From: Camelus ferus
Lineage: Eukaryota
Direction: 5' to 3'
Assembly: GCF_009834535.1 (NCBI RefSeq)
Contig: NC_045696.1
Coordinates: 101,868,001 to 101,928,000, forward strand
Length of the DNA: 60,000 bases
Shown here: positions 39,266 through 51,800 of the stretch, one piece after another
Position numbering within the stretch: the first letter of the stretch is position 1
Layout of the letters: each line of letters starts with the position of its first letter
Notes under the pieces: model-generated
Told to the model about the DNA's origin: nothing
What the model saw: only the letters and a program-made list of their open reading frames with translations
The model's database searches: none
Position numbers and translations under genes: made by a program

Positions 39266-40477
39266 TAGGTAGTCAAGGAAACCATTGAAGATTATTTAAG
39301 GACACATCTATTGTCTTAAGGTGGGGATGCCAACAGTGATATTATAACAACTGTCCCCATGACTAGGGAGAACTGTAAATGACCAGAGTGGGATTTTCTT
39401 GCTTGCTTCTAAAACCCCTGATATCCATCATGGCCAATTATCCTTTGGTTTGCAAAATGCAATACTCTGCACTTGCTCTGGATGGAGAGTGTCTGTGATC
39501 GTACCCCATCTATGTGGGGGCCTGAGATAGGCAAAACTACTTTTTATGGCTCTAGAACAAGTCACCAATGAAATATTTTGAAAACTATTTCAAGTTTTTA
39601 AGACACTATGTTACAGGGTATGAAGAAAGGAACTAGCATTTGGTGGGGCTCATTCAATTCGCCATGTGCCTTATGTATGTTATTTCAGCCTCAGAACAAC
39701 TTTTGTGATAGGCATAAACAGAGACACCACAAAAAGTTTCAACATAAAGTGGTTTAAGCACTCTTTAATTGCCATTTATTAGAAATGTAAATCTCTGTTT
39801 TATGTAATACTCCCTCTGATATCTTTATTAATGTTTTGGTTGGTATCTCTGAATTGTTCACTATATTTAATGTAATACTTCTCACATAGTAGGTCCTCAG
39901 AACTGTTCAGCATATGGAGTTGGAGTTATATGCCATATGCTACCAAAAACTGCCTTTTACAGAGCATATAAAAGGCTACTTTGTATTCACTCTGCATATT
40001 GTAGCAATGGATTTTCATTTTCTTATGGACCATGAACAGCATAGCCATCTTGTCTCATCAAACTTGTTAGAAGAAGAATTTACCTGTCTGTGTATGTCTG
40101 TGCATGTATAAATCTTTTGTTTTGGAAAATGACAGTGACTGTGATTACTATTTGCAAATCAGTTAAATGACTGCTCTATAATTAGCAATCATTTCCAGAT
40201 TTTACACACAAGGATTCCCATTTGATTTTAACCCATTGTTGCTATCTGTGTGCTGTTTGCTCTTGGCATTGTAGATTGCAACCTGCCACTTAGATTTACT
40301 TTCAGGCAGATTATTTTATGAGATAATTGGACATCTATTGTCCCAACAGCTCCTCATGGTGCCACATTTGTTCCTTTAGTAACTATTTTTGAAGTGCCTT
40401 TTGTAGGGGCTTTGGTGTTATTGGGCTTCAGTGAATTGCAAGCATTGCCTTGATCTTTCACATGGGCCCTAGATTTT

Positions 40478-40876
40478 TGTATTAATTACATAAAAATCTA
40501 AATTCTGTAACAAAGAGCCCAATAAACCAGTGGATTAAGTCAGATTGTTTCTCTTACCTAGTGAGCTTCTCCACACTACATGACTGTTCAGGGACCCAGC
40601 TTCCTTCCCTCTGGTTTCCACTGTAGATTGTTGCCTGCATAGTCAAAGGTGGGTCACAGGCACCAGCCTGTTTCAGTTCACAGCAACAAGAAGCAGGAAG
40701 GAGACTATATATAAGGCCCAGGCCCAGAGTGACACACATCACTTCTGTTCACACTCCACGGTCACACTTAGATGCAGAGGGGCCTGCGATATGGTAGCCC
40801 CTAGCTAAGTGGCTACATGTGCAAGTGAGACTGCATTTACATGCAGAAAAGGAATGATGGAAATCTGTCTGTCACA
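40478..40876 (-). mobile_element. MLT1J-like MaLR LTR
   Basis: 'ttcagggacccagcttccttcc...cccagagtgacacacatcacttctgttcacactcc...tctgtcaca'. Confidence 0.65.
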
Positions 40877-41320
40877 GCCTCAAGGACTTCTTATGCTTTA
40901 CACTTTGTTTTTTGAGAAGTGTAAGTCACTGCCTTTCTAAAATCATTACTGCAGAGCCATCCGGAGGCCTCCCTTTTGGAAATAAAGGTTTTGATGACCA
41001 GCTTCTCTAGAAGTTCATGCTGGTCCAGGAAAATGTCATTTTTCTTCCGCTTTGTTGATATAGCATCTTTCTTTCATCTGTTATCTCATTTTCCTGGACT
41101 CATTTCTGATGCCAAATCACCCCATCTACCACATCTCATTGTTCCTGGAACTTGCTTGCTTAGAAATTTATTATTGTTAAAGTTAATCCCTGTCGCCAGA
41201 TAATTTATCTAAATATTTACTGAGATATTAATTGAGTGTTTTTGTTTTCCTATTTCAGAAAAATCACAGAGATGCTTATGTTTTTATTTTTTTATTCTCC
41301 AAATGTGTATTGAGTACCTA

Positions 41321-42272
41321 TTATTTATTTAATTGAGATATAATCAACATATAATATTACTTTCAGGTGTACAGCATGATTCAATATTTGTATATTGTGA
41401 AATGATCACCACAATATGTCTAGTTAGCACCCTTTACCATAAATTGTTACAAAATTTTTTTCCTAGTGATAAGAACTTTTAAGATTTACTCTCTTAACAA
41501 CTTTCAAATATGTAATACAGTATTTCTAACTATAATCAACATATTTTGCATTATGTATCCATGAATTTTTAAATTTTATAACTGAAAGTTTGTACCTTTT
41601 GACACCCTTCACCCATTTTGTCCACCTTCCACCTCTGGTAACCACCAGTCTGAAATCTATATATATGGGCTCATTTTTTTTAGATTCCACATATAAGTGA
41701 GGTCATACAGTATTTGTGTTTCTCTGTCTGACTTATTTCACTTGGTATAATACCCTCAGGGTAAGATTTTATTCTTTTTTATGCCTGAATACTATTCTAT
41801 ATATACCACACTTTTTTGTTATCCATTCATCCATTGATGAATGAATCGTTAGGTTGTTTCTTTATCTTGGTTATTGTAAATAATGCTGCAATGAATATGG
41901 GGGTGCATGTATCTCTTTGAGTTAGTGTTTTCAATTTTCTTTGGATAAATACCCAGATGTGGAATTCCTGGATCATATGATAGTTGTTATATTTCTAATT
42001 TTTTAAGGAACCTCCATACTGTTTTCTATAGTGGCTGCACCAATTTACATTTCTACCAACAGTGCACAAGAGCTCCCTTTTCTCCATGTCCTTGCCAACA
42101 CTTGTTACCTTTTGTCTTTTTGATAATAGCCATACTAATAGGTGTGAAGTGATGTCTTATTGTGGTTTCGATTTGCATTTGCCTAATGATTAGTGATGTT
42201 GGATATCTTTTCATGTGTCTGTTGGCCATCTGTATGTCTTCTTTGGAAAAATCTCTATTCAGATCCCTTGCT
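41321..42272 (-). mobile_element. L1MA9-like 3' end (ORF2 C-terminus plus 3' UTR)
   Basis: 'agattccacatataagtgaggtcatacagtatttg', 'gaacctccatactgttttctatagtggctgcaccaatttacat', antisense-ORF2 peptide [29 protein letters not shown]. Confidence 0.9.
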
Positions 42273-42457
42273 GTGCAGATGTTTATGTTTTATGTTAAGA
42301 TTTATTTATTTATTAATCAATTTACTTATTATTATAGTCACATCTTTTCCTTCCATGGCCGTGAGTTGGGATAGATGCTATATTGAAGGCTAAACACAGA
42401 AATTACCTATGTTCTTGCTTTCAAAAATCTCAGTTAATTGAATGGATTATGCTAGGT

Positions 42458-42618
42458 CAGTCCTTCTCAAAATGTAGCCTCAAATCAGAGTCACGTGGAG
42501 GATCTGTTAAAACACTTCCTTCTGGGTCTTTACATCAGAGATTTTGATAATTTACATTTCTAACAAGCTCCCCCAGTACTGCTGCCACTGCTGCTCTCAA
42601 GATCACACTTAGAGACAT
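42458..42618. mobile_element. MER5A-like hAT-Charlie element
   Basis: 'cagtccttctcaaaatgtag...atcagagtcacgtggaggatctgttaaaacac...catttctaacaagctcccc'. Confidence 0.7.
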
Positions 42619-44563
42619 GAGAGAGGTAAGGTGGGAAGGAGAGTGTTCCAAGAGTAGTTCAGAAGCAGCATAAGGAGGGAAAACAGTTTCCTCCAGCTAA
42701 GAAGGGGTCAGAGGTCCTAGGAACCTGAGGCCTGCTAGGTATCCTGGAGAGATATCACATAATGGCTTCTATCAGAGTCTTCTGACTTCACCCAAAGAGG
42801 GGCAGTGCCCCTGCCCTCAAGGGACATTTGGGCTTTGCTAACACACATAACAAAAAGGGACCAAACTCCTGGCTCCTTCTCACCCTTTGAAATGTTCTTC
42901 TTTACGTAAAGTCTTCAGGACCTTCCCATGCCCTCATGAGTGGACCTCATAATCTTTAGATTGGATTTCCCAACAGCTCTGACCAATCAAGACATAGATT
43001 GAGATTGAATTTGATTTGAATAAAGAAAATGACATTCTTGCACATCTGGGACTATAGGGTAAAATTTCTACATGCTTCATTGACTAAGTTGCTATCCAGG
43101 AATTGGCTTAGGGCACTAATCCTTCTCTTTATACCTGGACATCTTTCCAAGGCCACAGGGAGAGTACTTCAAAAGGTCATTTACAAGCCCTGTGATTTAG
43201 CTTTGGGAGAAGATTGGGGCTGGAGGAACACTTCTCAAGGCCATGCCCATGATCCTGACCCTCTTCCCATCCAGCACAGCTGGTGCAAGTGTTCTGAGGT
43301 TACGAGGGAGGTGGCCTGCTATCCCGGATCAGCAGACCTCCATTTGTCTAGACCTCAGGGCTACACTCTGTTGTTGCACTTCTATAAACACTTTTACATT
43401 TAAGCAACAGTGGAAATCTTTTGCAAAAATTATTATTGTTCCCCGATTCTCCCAAACAAAAAGGCCATTTTGTATAAGCCAAGATATTTAAAACAAATGT
43501 TCTAAATCAGAAATGTTTATTATCCAAACATTATAAACAAAGAAACTTTGTTTCTATGTACTTACCCAAATAAAGTATTTTCTGGGACAAAGTTTCTTCT
43601 GGGAAACTTGTCAGGGAAATCTCCAAAATGTCCGGAGTATGTCATATAATGCTTTTCTTTGTCCTTAAAAGATTACCCTTTGTTTTGGCTTTGGCTTGTT
43701 CTTTATTGATTGAATTTCTAAGCATAGCCAAGAATAATGTCTGTTTTCTGAATTATTTTCTGGCCATTTTCACAGAAACATGGAATGAGATGGTCATTAC
43801 ATTTAAAGGAGATGACAATAGAAAGAGAGGTTGATATAAATAAGGTTTAAAGACTTAGCAGGTATTGACAGTGAGATAAACCACTGTGAAAGAAAGTGGA
43901 AAATGTCCCTATAATAAAAGCATGGTGTTCACACTGGATCATTAATTCATATCCTGCTGTGTACAGACCACACAAATATTTGATACACAACTTGCCAAGT
44001 TTAGTCTCTGCCTAAGCTTTACAGTATTTGTGCAGAGGCCCGAACTCCTCACTTTCTGCACATAGATGAACTCTGTCAAGTCACATAATACATGGCTCTT
44101 TTGGGTGCTCTATTAGATGTGGCATAAATAGAATACAACATGCAGCACCTCTTCAAAAAGGCAACACTGGATTATTATTTATCTTCTCTTGTAGATTGTG
44201 CCTGATACATTTTTGATAGCTATAAAAATAATCAGACTGCACACTGAGGACTGGTGTTGCTTCACAGTTCTAATTTCAAAATATATTAGTAAAAATAGCA
44301 GCTTCTGCTGTTGTAAATGCACCTTTGGATCTAAAACAGGAAAGGAATACTGTGTATGGGGCAATTTCAAGTCAGCTTAACAGTCAGCCTCTATCCACTG
44401 TCATTTCAGGTTCTGGGTTTGGTTTTTGTTTTCCTTTTGGTAAAACATAGAGAGTTCCTATACTTGCCATTTGTTGAGATTTAGAGAATTCTTAGACATT
44501 GTGCTAGGAAATGTACATATATTTCTCATTTGATCCCTACAATAATGCTATGGGGTTAATACT

Positions 44564-44942
44564 GGTTTTAACTCATACTGCTATAACAAAATACCATAGA
44601 CTGAGTAGCTTAAACAACAAGAATTTATTTTTTTACAGTTCTGGAAGCTATAAGTGCAAGATCAAGGTGCCATGTCTGATGAAAGCTCTCTTCTTGGATT
44701 GTAAATTGCCACCTTCTCCCTGTGTCCTCAGACTGCCTTTCTTTGGTGCATTTGGGTGGGGAAAGAGAGCAACTTCTCTGGTGTCTCTTCTTATAAGGGC
44801 GCTAATCCCATCATGATGGTCCCACCCTTATGACCTTATCTGAACCTAATTATCTCCCGAAGGCCTCATCTCTAAATACAATCACATTGAGCATTAGGGT
44901 TTCAACATACGAATTTTGGAGGACACAATTCAGTTCACAGCA
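44564..44942 (-). mobile_element. MLT1A0-like MaLR solo LTR inserted in an antisense MIR (about 44465-44563 and 44943-45040)
   Basis: 'ctgctataacaaaataccatagactgagtagcttaaacaac', 'cttataagggcgctaatcccatcatg'; MIR sequence on both sides. Confidence 0.88.
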
Positions 44943-45631
44943 GTATTATTATTATCTCCACTCTAAGGATGGAGAAATCAAAGCTCTGAGAGGTTCAGCC
45001 AATCAGTGGAAGAGCTAGGAGTTGTATCCATTCCATCTCCAGGTTCTGATCCCTGAAAAGCCGTACAACCTTCCTAGAGCCATCCTTGGGATGATATCAC
45101 TGGCTGATATCAGTATCACCTAATTCCCCAGATCTTAGTAGCCCATATCTATAAATAGAGTTACAATTCCAACTGGACCCTTCCTTTCCTGATCATCCAG
45201 GGTCTCATCTCTTGCAGATTGTAGTCCTCCAGTCCTTATGGGAGATGACAACAGTAATTCAGCTTCATTAGGGCTATCTTTCCTCAGGTACCTGTCCTTT
45301 CCATCCCCAAACCCCTTGTTTCACCCAGGCTGAAATCCTGGAGCCTTCAAACTTCATGACTTCCTACTGGAAATGTTTGTTGAATGCCTTCTGTGTTCCT
45401 GGCACTGTGCTTCATTTACCACAATAGGTGAGACAGAGTATAACTGAGTGAAGTATTAAATATATATATGACTACAAATTATGATACATGTTTTGAAGGT
45501 TTCAAACCTGTGTGTTATGGGGTAAAAGTACATCTTTCTCCGTCTTTTTATGAATGTATTAAGAAAAAAAATCTAAAACTTAGAAAAAAGGCAAGATGAT
45601 AATTGTATGCTCTTTCAAAATCATACTAGAC

Positions 45632-45853
45632 TAGTGATTCTCAGCCATGGGCAATTTTGTCCCCCAGAGTCATTTGGCAATATCTAGAAACACTTTTAAT
45701 TGTTATGATTGAGAGGGGAGGTACTACTAGTGTCCTGTGGGTAGAGGCAGAGGTTCTGTAGCACGTCATACAGCCCACAGAACAACCCCCTTACAACAGT
45801 TATCCAAGTTATCCAGCTCAAAGTGTCAATAGTATCAAGATTGAGAAACACTG
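45632..45853 (+). mobile_element. MER20 hAT-Charlie element with 8-bp TSD
   Basis: 'agtgattctcagcc...catttggcaatatctagaaacact...gtgtcaatagtatcaagattgagaaacactg'; TSD TACTAGAC (45624-45631) / TACTAGAG (45854-45861). Confidence 0.9.
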
Positions 45854-46110
45854 TACTAGAGCATGATCTACCAAGCCTGATTAAGTGTCATCTGGTGCTC
45901 TAGGGGACAATAACTTTGTTCGACTGTCTATTTACAATTCAGTAGTTCTTCAGATGTAAATTTGGTTGTTAACTTATAGAAAATTGATAAGCTGCCAGTG
46001 ATTTCTGTCTAGTACAAAAGTTTTATTGTCTAAATGGTCATTGACCATTTTTTTTTAAATCTAACTTTGTAATTTTATTCCAGCATTCTTTTCTTCTCTG
46101 AATATGTATA

Positions 46111-46721
46111 CAGTTGGTGTTCATTGTTTGTGGTAGTTATGTTCTATAAAGTCACTGTGAACTCTGAATTAGTGAATACTAAACCACTGCCCCAAGAGGA
46201 AATATAGGGTTAGGTTCCTTCAAGCTTCTGGTCACATTTTAATCAATTAATCAAGACTTAACCTTGATTTATGTGGGTTTCTGTTTAAAGGCATCTTATT
46301 TAATATATACTGTTAACTAATTAACATTGAACTCACAGCCAACAGCACTGTAACTCATGCCTGAATGAGGCATGTCTAACACACATAGTTTCTCTGTGAG
46401 ACATATCACAGCTTTCTTGAATTCAAAGCAATAGACAGAATCCCAGCACTACTTGTGGGACTCATTTTGAACAATAAAATCACCAACAAAAATACAAAAA
46501 TGTGGCAATAGACTTCAAAAAGGACATTTATTTACAATATGAGAACTGAAACAAGAAGAAAGAGCATTTACTTGTTTGACCTCAGCTGGGAACTTATGTG
46601 TTAGGAGACACTCCACAAATGACTATGAAGTGATGCAAGTATTGATTTCAAGATTACATATAAACTTTAGTGAGTAGATATATTTGCAAATATGGAATTT
46701 GCAAGTACTGAGGATTCACTA
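46111..46721 (+). mobile_element. MER82 Tigger-family DNA transposon
   Basis: TA|CAGTTG start; 'ggtagttatgttctataaagtcactgtgaactctgaattagtgaatact', 'tagggttaggttcc'; degenerate TIR at the end. Confidence 0.85.
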
Positions 46722-47757
46722 TGTTAGTTTTTCATATTCCGTTTTGAACCAGCTTCTTTCTCGTCCTGTTAGTTTTTTTTAATCACTGAATTAAAAAATT
46801 ATTTGACACATGTCACTATATTGGTATGAGTGACATTTTTAGCTTTTTGAAAATTGAAATAGAAAATTTAACACTTTTCAGGTGTCCAAATTTGTTATTT
46901 AGGAAGACAAATGCCCAATGTCATGATGGTTTAGGGCAGTAGCTCTTCCAGGTTTATTTCAGGGACATGAGTCCCACTCAAATGGCAGCTGGGCCCAGAG
47001 ATGAATGTACATGGCAGACGACTCACTGTGTTAAGAGTCTTCTCTCCCTTCAGGTGTTCCTGGGCTAAACCCCCTACGACTGGCCCCTATTTCTCTCAGG
47101 ACGCGTTCTCCCTCAGGAGGCTTGGTCCTAGGGAAATAGGCTGCTTCTGAGCCCACTACACAATTTCCAGAAATGCCAGGCTAAACTCAGTCTGGGTCTC
47201 CTAGAGACAGGTGGGAAGCTGGCCTCTGAGTTCACAGCAAAGGTAAAGTCAGGGAGGCTACAGTCAGAAAAAGTTCAACAAGGTTAAGCCTCACTAAAGG
47301 GACTGAGGAAATTCTCTTTCATCATAGAACTTTTTGGAAACTAAAGAAATAAGGTCACAGCCTGTAGCAAAATAAACTTGTAGCATCCTCAGCATACAAT
47401 TGAAATTTTATCATAAAATTAACATGTAAAACGTCTTTGTAAGTAAGAGGTGCTATATTACATTAATCAGGCTGCCAAGAGGAAGGCTGATGTCTTGAGA
47501 ATCAAAAGTAACTTTACAATCCCTGCGTACTCAGAATCCATGTGAGTTGTATTTTTAAATACTAGTATACATTTTTTACTTGGGGAGTTTTAAAATTAAA
47601 AATAGTATTTAATAAACTCAGCAAGAAGTAAAGTAGCATTTTCCTTTTCATCCCCTCATCTTCCCTTCCTTCTTCTTATCCTTTAGCAACCTGAATCATC
47701 CTTATAGCCTTGTGAAAATTACTGGGATGGTGTTTTCATCATTCACAACACTGGTTC

Positions 47758-48293
47758 TGTTACTGACCCTCTTGAGTCTGAGTCGGTGCTCAGCAAGGTT
47801 TCTTCTGCCTGGTGTCACTTGAGCAAACAGAATGAGACCGAACTCCATTCAGAAGCAAAGGAAAGCTTTATCCTTTGATCAAAGAATGGAGAGGTGCAAG
47901 CTTCCACTCTAGAGTACAGGCTCACCCCAACAGGCCTCTAGCAGGCTGCCTTATAGGATTCTTGTCTTTGGACAGAGAAGCGGAGTTCTTGTGGGTTGGG
48001 AGCAGTGCTGTTGCTCATGGTGCTCCAGACTAAAATACTGGGTGCAGCATCTCTGCACAGAGTACGTTATCACCATCTTGAGTTGGAGTGTCATGGGCAG
48101 CACTTCTGCACGTGGTCCACCAAGTTGGGATGTCGGGCCCAGCATTTCTGGCTGGGAACTCTAATCAGACTTGTTAGGTACAAGGCCTCTGCACATGGCC
48201 CCTTATAGGCAAATGAAAGTAGACTTAGCACTAAGAAGAGATTAGATCCTATCTTATCAGCTCGACTCCATCTTATTTTTCCTGGGGACCTCA
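47758..48293 (-). mobile_element. ERV1-type solo LTR, family not recognised (possibly lineage-specific)
   Basis: TG...CA ends; minus-strand AAGATGGAGTC near the 5' end, TATA-like TATAAG and ATAAAG poly(A)-like signal; several CpGs retained; the left end may instead be 47731. Confidence 0.65.
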
Positions 48294-48303
48294 GTGGGCT
48301 TTG

Positions 48304-48397
48304 CCAGTGACCATTCTCAACCAGGAAGGATTTTTGCCCCTCAGGGGACATTTGCAATGTCTGGAAACATTTTTTGGTAAGAGACAGAAGGGTGGTT
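48304..48397 (+). mobile_element. MER20 5' fragment
   Basis: 'ttctcaaccaggaaggatttttgcccctcaggggacatttgcaatgtctggaaacattttt'. Confidence 0.75.
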
Positions 48398-48426
48398 AGC
48401 GCCACAGTTTTGAAACTAGTCTACCC

Positions 48427-49100
48427 AGGGGTCAGCAAATTTTTTCTATAAATGACCCAATAGTAAGCATTTTAGGCCATACTGTGTTGCAATGACTCAA
48501 CTCTGGTTGTAATGTGAATGTAGCCGTGGACAACGTGTAAACAAATGATTGTGGCTGTGTTCCAATAAAATTGTATTTATTGTCACTATTAAATTAATTA
48601 AGCAAGGAGGCCATTAAGCTGAGGTGGCTGTAATGCTGTGACTGCCTACATAAGCAAACCAAAATCTGATTCTATAAATTATGCTATAAGTTTACAAAAT
48701 TGAAACCTAAGGACAACCAATCACAGTTACCTAGGCTTTAAGCTGTAGCCAATCAAAAATTTCCTCTCTTTGCTTCCACCTTTTCTCTGTAAAAGTCTCT
48801 CCCAAGCTCCTGTCTGTGGAGCTGTCCTGACCACTTCTAGCTTGGCGATACCTCATTTGAATCAATTTTCGCTAAAATACACTTTAAAAATTTTTTATAT
48901 GTATCAACTTATCTTTTAATAACATTGAAATTTGAATTTCATATAATTTTTATGTTATAAAATACTATTCTTCATGTGATTTTTTTTTCTTTCTCAACAA
49001 TTTAAAAATACAAAAAAAAAAAAAAAACCAAAAAAAAAACTATTTCTGCCCTGCAACCTATACAATAAGAGGATGGGCCTAATTTGGCCCATGGTCCCAG
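48427..49100 (+). mobile_element. MER58B-like hAT element split by an LTR
   Basis: 'caggggtcagcaaattttttct...gtggctgtgttccaataaaa' resumes at 48922 with 'tgaaatttgaatttcatataattttt...gggcctaatttggcccatgg'. Confidence 0.8.
48587..48921 (+). mobile_element. MER93-like ERV1 solo LTR
   Basis: 'ggaggccattaagctgaggtggct...cctacataagcaaaccaaaa', two CCAAT boxes; cleanly interrupts MER58B. Confidence 0.7.
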
Positions 49101-49139
49101 TGAATACAAGGGGTTTTGCTTCTATCTATTTAAAAGAAA

Positions 49140-50073
49140 TGTTAGCAGATAGAGGGACCCCTAAATTAGGAGGCCCACCAAAGTGTGGGTCTTTGCCACC
49201 ATCTGTGAAAGAATTCACTCAGAAGAAGCAGAGGGATGATGTGAACAGCCGCTTTATTGCTCAGAAGGGGAAATGTAAGGAAACTCCTCGAGCAGGGAGA
49301 AGGGAAGAAAAGTGCTCGAGCAGGTAAAGGAAGCCACCAAGCAAGGAGCCATCGTCAGCCAAGATGGGCAGAAGGGACAGCTCTGGCCCGGGTCAGGCCA
49401 TGTGGACTTTTATGGGAGGCTTCTGCCCTTGCGTCCGCCTTCTGTGTGTGATGGAGCCAATCAGTCCTTGTATGGGCTTTTCAGCACTTGCATGGACTTT
49501 TCTAGTTGTTGTCATGGAGATCGTCAATTGTCAGGCCACTGGTGGGTGTGTCATTTAGCATGATAATACCTTACAGTGAGTGTATAATGAGGCTCAAGGT
49601 CCACTGAAGTTCAAATCCTCCACTATCTTGGACTCCGTCTATTCTAAATGATTTTTGTTTATTCTCCTTGCAACTGCCTCCTGAGACTTGGATAAGGGTA
49701 ATTAGTTTCTATTCGAGGGAGGGGCAGGGGTATGATCCTGGCAGCAACAGCCTTGGTAACAAAAAGGAAAGTTGCTTTTAACCAGAATGCCTAGAATCTG
49801 AAGGACCCGGCATCCCCCTGCACCCCCAAAAAACCACATCCAAAGATCCTGTTCAGCCATGAAAGTTTTAGAGGGAAATGGGGGAGTAATCTCAGTTAAT
49901 CGCTGAGCTAGGAGGTCAGAGTCATTACCATCCCCCAATGCCTGTAGGCTTGTCCTAATCAATTGCGAGCTTGCTCTTCTAAGACTTAGGGAGGACTGGG
50001 AGAGTTCAGGTTTTCCATAAACAAGACTGGGGAGGGGTGGTGGATGTGGTGCCCAGGGTCCTGCTCCCTTTCA
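49140..50073 (-). mobile_element. ERV1 (MER4-group-like) solo LTR, about 0.93 kb
   Basis: TGTTAG...CCCTTTCA ends, AATAAA on the minus strand at about 49253-49258, 'gggtcctgctccctttca' terminus, TSD gaaa/gaag. Confidence 0.8.
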
Positions 50074-51063
50074 GAAGCACAGTATTTCCATTCAGCAAAA
50101 CCATTCTTTTTTCTTCTTTTTTTGCTTACAACATTTTACAGTATGACTTGTGTTGTGTGTTAAACACCAGTGATTCAGCTAAGAAGAGCTGTGGATGAAG
50201 AATAGCCCTATTCATGTAAGCAGTGCTGTTGTGTTCCGGTCATTAAGAGCTGAATTTTTAATAGGCTCATGTACTGAGGAAAATTATTCTTTTCCTTAAG
50301 TGTTTATGATTTGGTTATTTAATCTTTGTCCCCCTTTTCAGCCTTTTTGGCTTCTTTTGGCTTAGTACTGGATCTTCCGAGTGAAGCAGACCCAATTTTC
50401 TGTGGGGCTGAAATTTCACCAGGGGTGAGTTCATTCGGATTTGGAGTCATTTACATTTCAAGTCTACAATTTGATCTGATTATCACTGGCTGAAAAGAAA
50501 CACTAAGAGCTTTATAATGTGGGCTGAACTGGATAACCCATTCCAAGGGCTGGGTAAAACTGGGAGTCTCAATGGTAGTTGCTTTCTTTTTATTTCTCAT
50601 CAGTGGAATATTATGGGAGAGTTTCATAAACACCATTTTCCAAAGAACAACTGAAAAAAAAAGGCTGAAGAACCAGGAAGGGAGAAATACTTCCTGCCAT
50701 GGCGAAAAGGAAGGAGGACCGGGAAAGGAACAAAAAGGGGTTATCAGGGAACGGGCTGAGACATGCCTAAAGTGAAGGGCATTGTTTTCGTACTTCCAGT
50801 ACTTTCTCCTTTCCTAAGTGGTGCAAAGAGTACCTGAAAAAGCTCTAGAACTGTTCAGAGTTTGCTACAGGGCCCAGATACCATATAAAATATACAAAAC
50901 TCATTAATTTCTAAGGAAAATGAAGGATCCCATCCTCAGTGTCAACAAAAGACATAAAATAGTTAAGAATGAGCCTATCAAGAAATGTGTAAAACAGACA
51001 TGATGAAAACCACAATATTTTACTGAAAGTTACAGAGAAAAAGTTGAATAAATGGAGAGACGT

Positions 51064-51545
51064 TTTATCAGTCAGGCTTCTGTCAGTGAAGCAGAACCAT
51101 TATGAGTGATGGAGAGTCGGGGCTTTATTCAGTGACTGGACCTTACATACAGCTGTGAACCGCTGAGAAGTCAACATGTGGCAGTTGTTTCTGCATCTGG
51201 TGCTGGCCTCTTGTCAGTAGAGTCGGCAAATGGTAAAGAAAGATGGTCTTAAGTGAGGGAGAGCAGGGAAAGACCGGCAGTTGCACTTTTCCCCCTCATC
51301 TCCGCCAACCTCAGTGACCTGGGTGGCCTTCAGGAAAACTGGCACCCTTCACCATGGTGAAGCTGGCACATGAAGCTGATTCTGAGAGCTCAAGGAGATC
51401 AGGCATTAACCGGTGGCTCTGTAGGTCCCAATGCTGCTTCATTTCATACACTTCTCTTGGCCAACCCTATCAGAACCAAATAGGGAAGGAAAGTGAAGCA
51501 TAGTTCCAGCCTAGCCAAGTGGACCCTGTATGAAGCAACCATACA
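51064..51545 (-). mobile_element. LTR41-like ERVL solo LTR
   Basis: 'gaagcagaaccattatgagtgat...ggaccttac', 'tagttccagcctagccaagtggac'. Confidence 0.7.
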
Positions 51546-51589
51546 TACTGTGTCTATGGATACTAATATTAGTTATAATAAAACAGCAA

Positions 51590-51800
51590 ACAAACAACAA
51601 CATTTACTACATGTTAGACACTTTTCTAAGCATTTTACATTTATTAACTCATTTTAACTCTCACCACAACTCTTTGAAGTAGGTATGATTATTAGCCTTA
51701 TTTTACAAATGAGGAAACTGAGCCTTAAGAGCTTAATAGCTAGTAGGTGGCCATATACCTTGCAAGTGGCAAAGCCATCATTCAAACCCAGACAGTCTGG
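51590..51800 (-). mobile_element. MIR SINE
   Basis: 'attttacaaatgaggaaactgagcc...ttcaaacccagacagtctg'. Confidence 0.85.
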
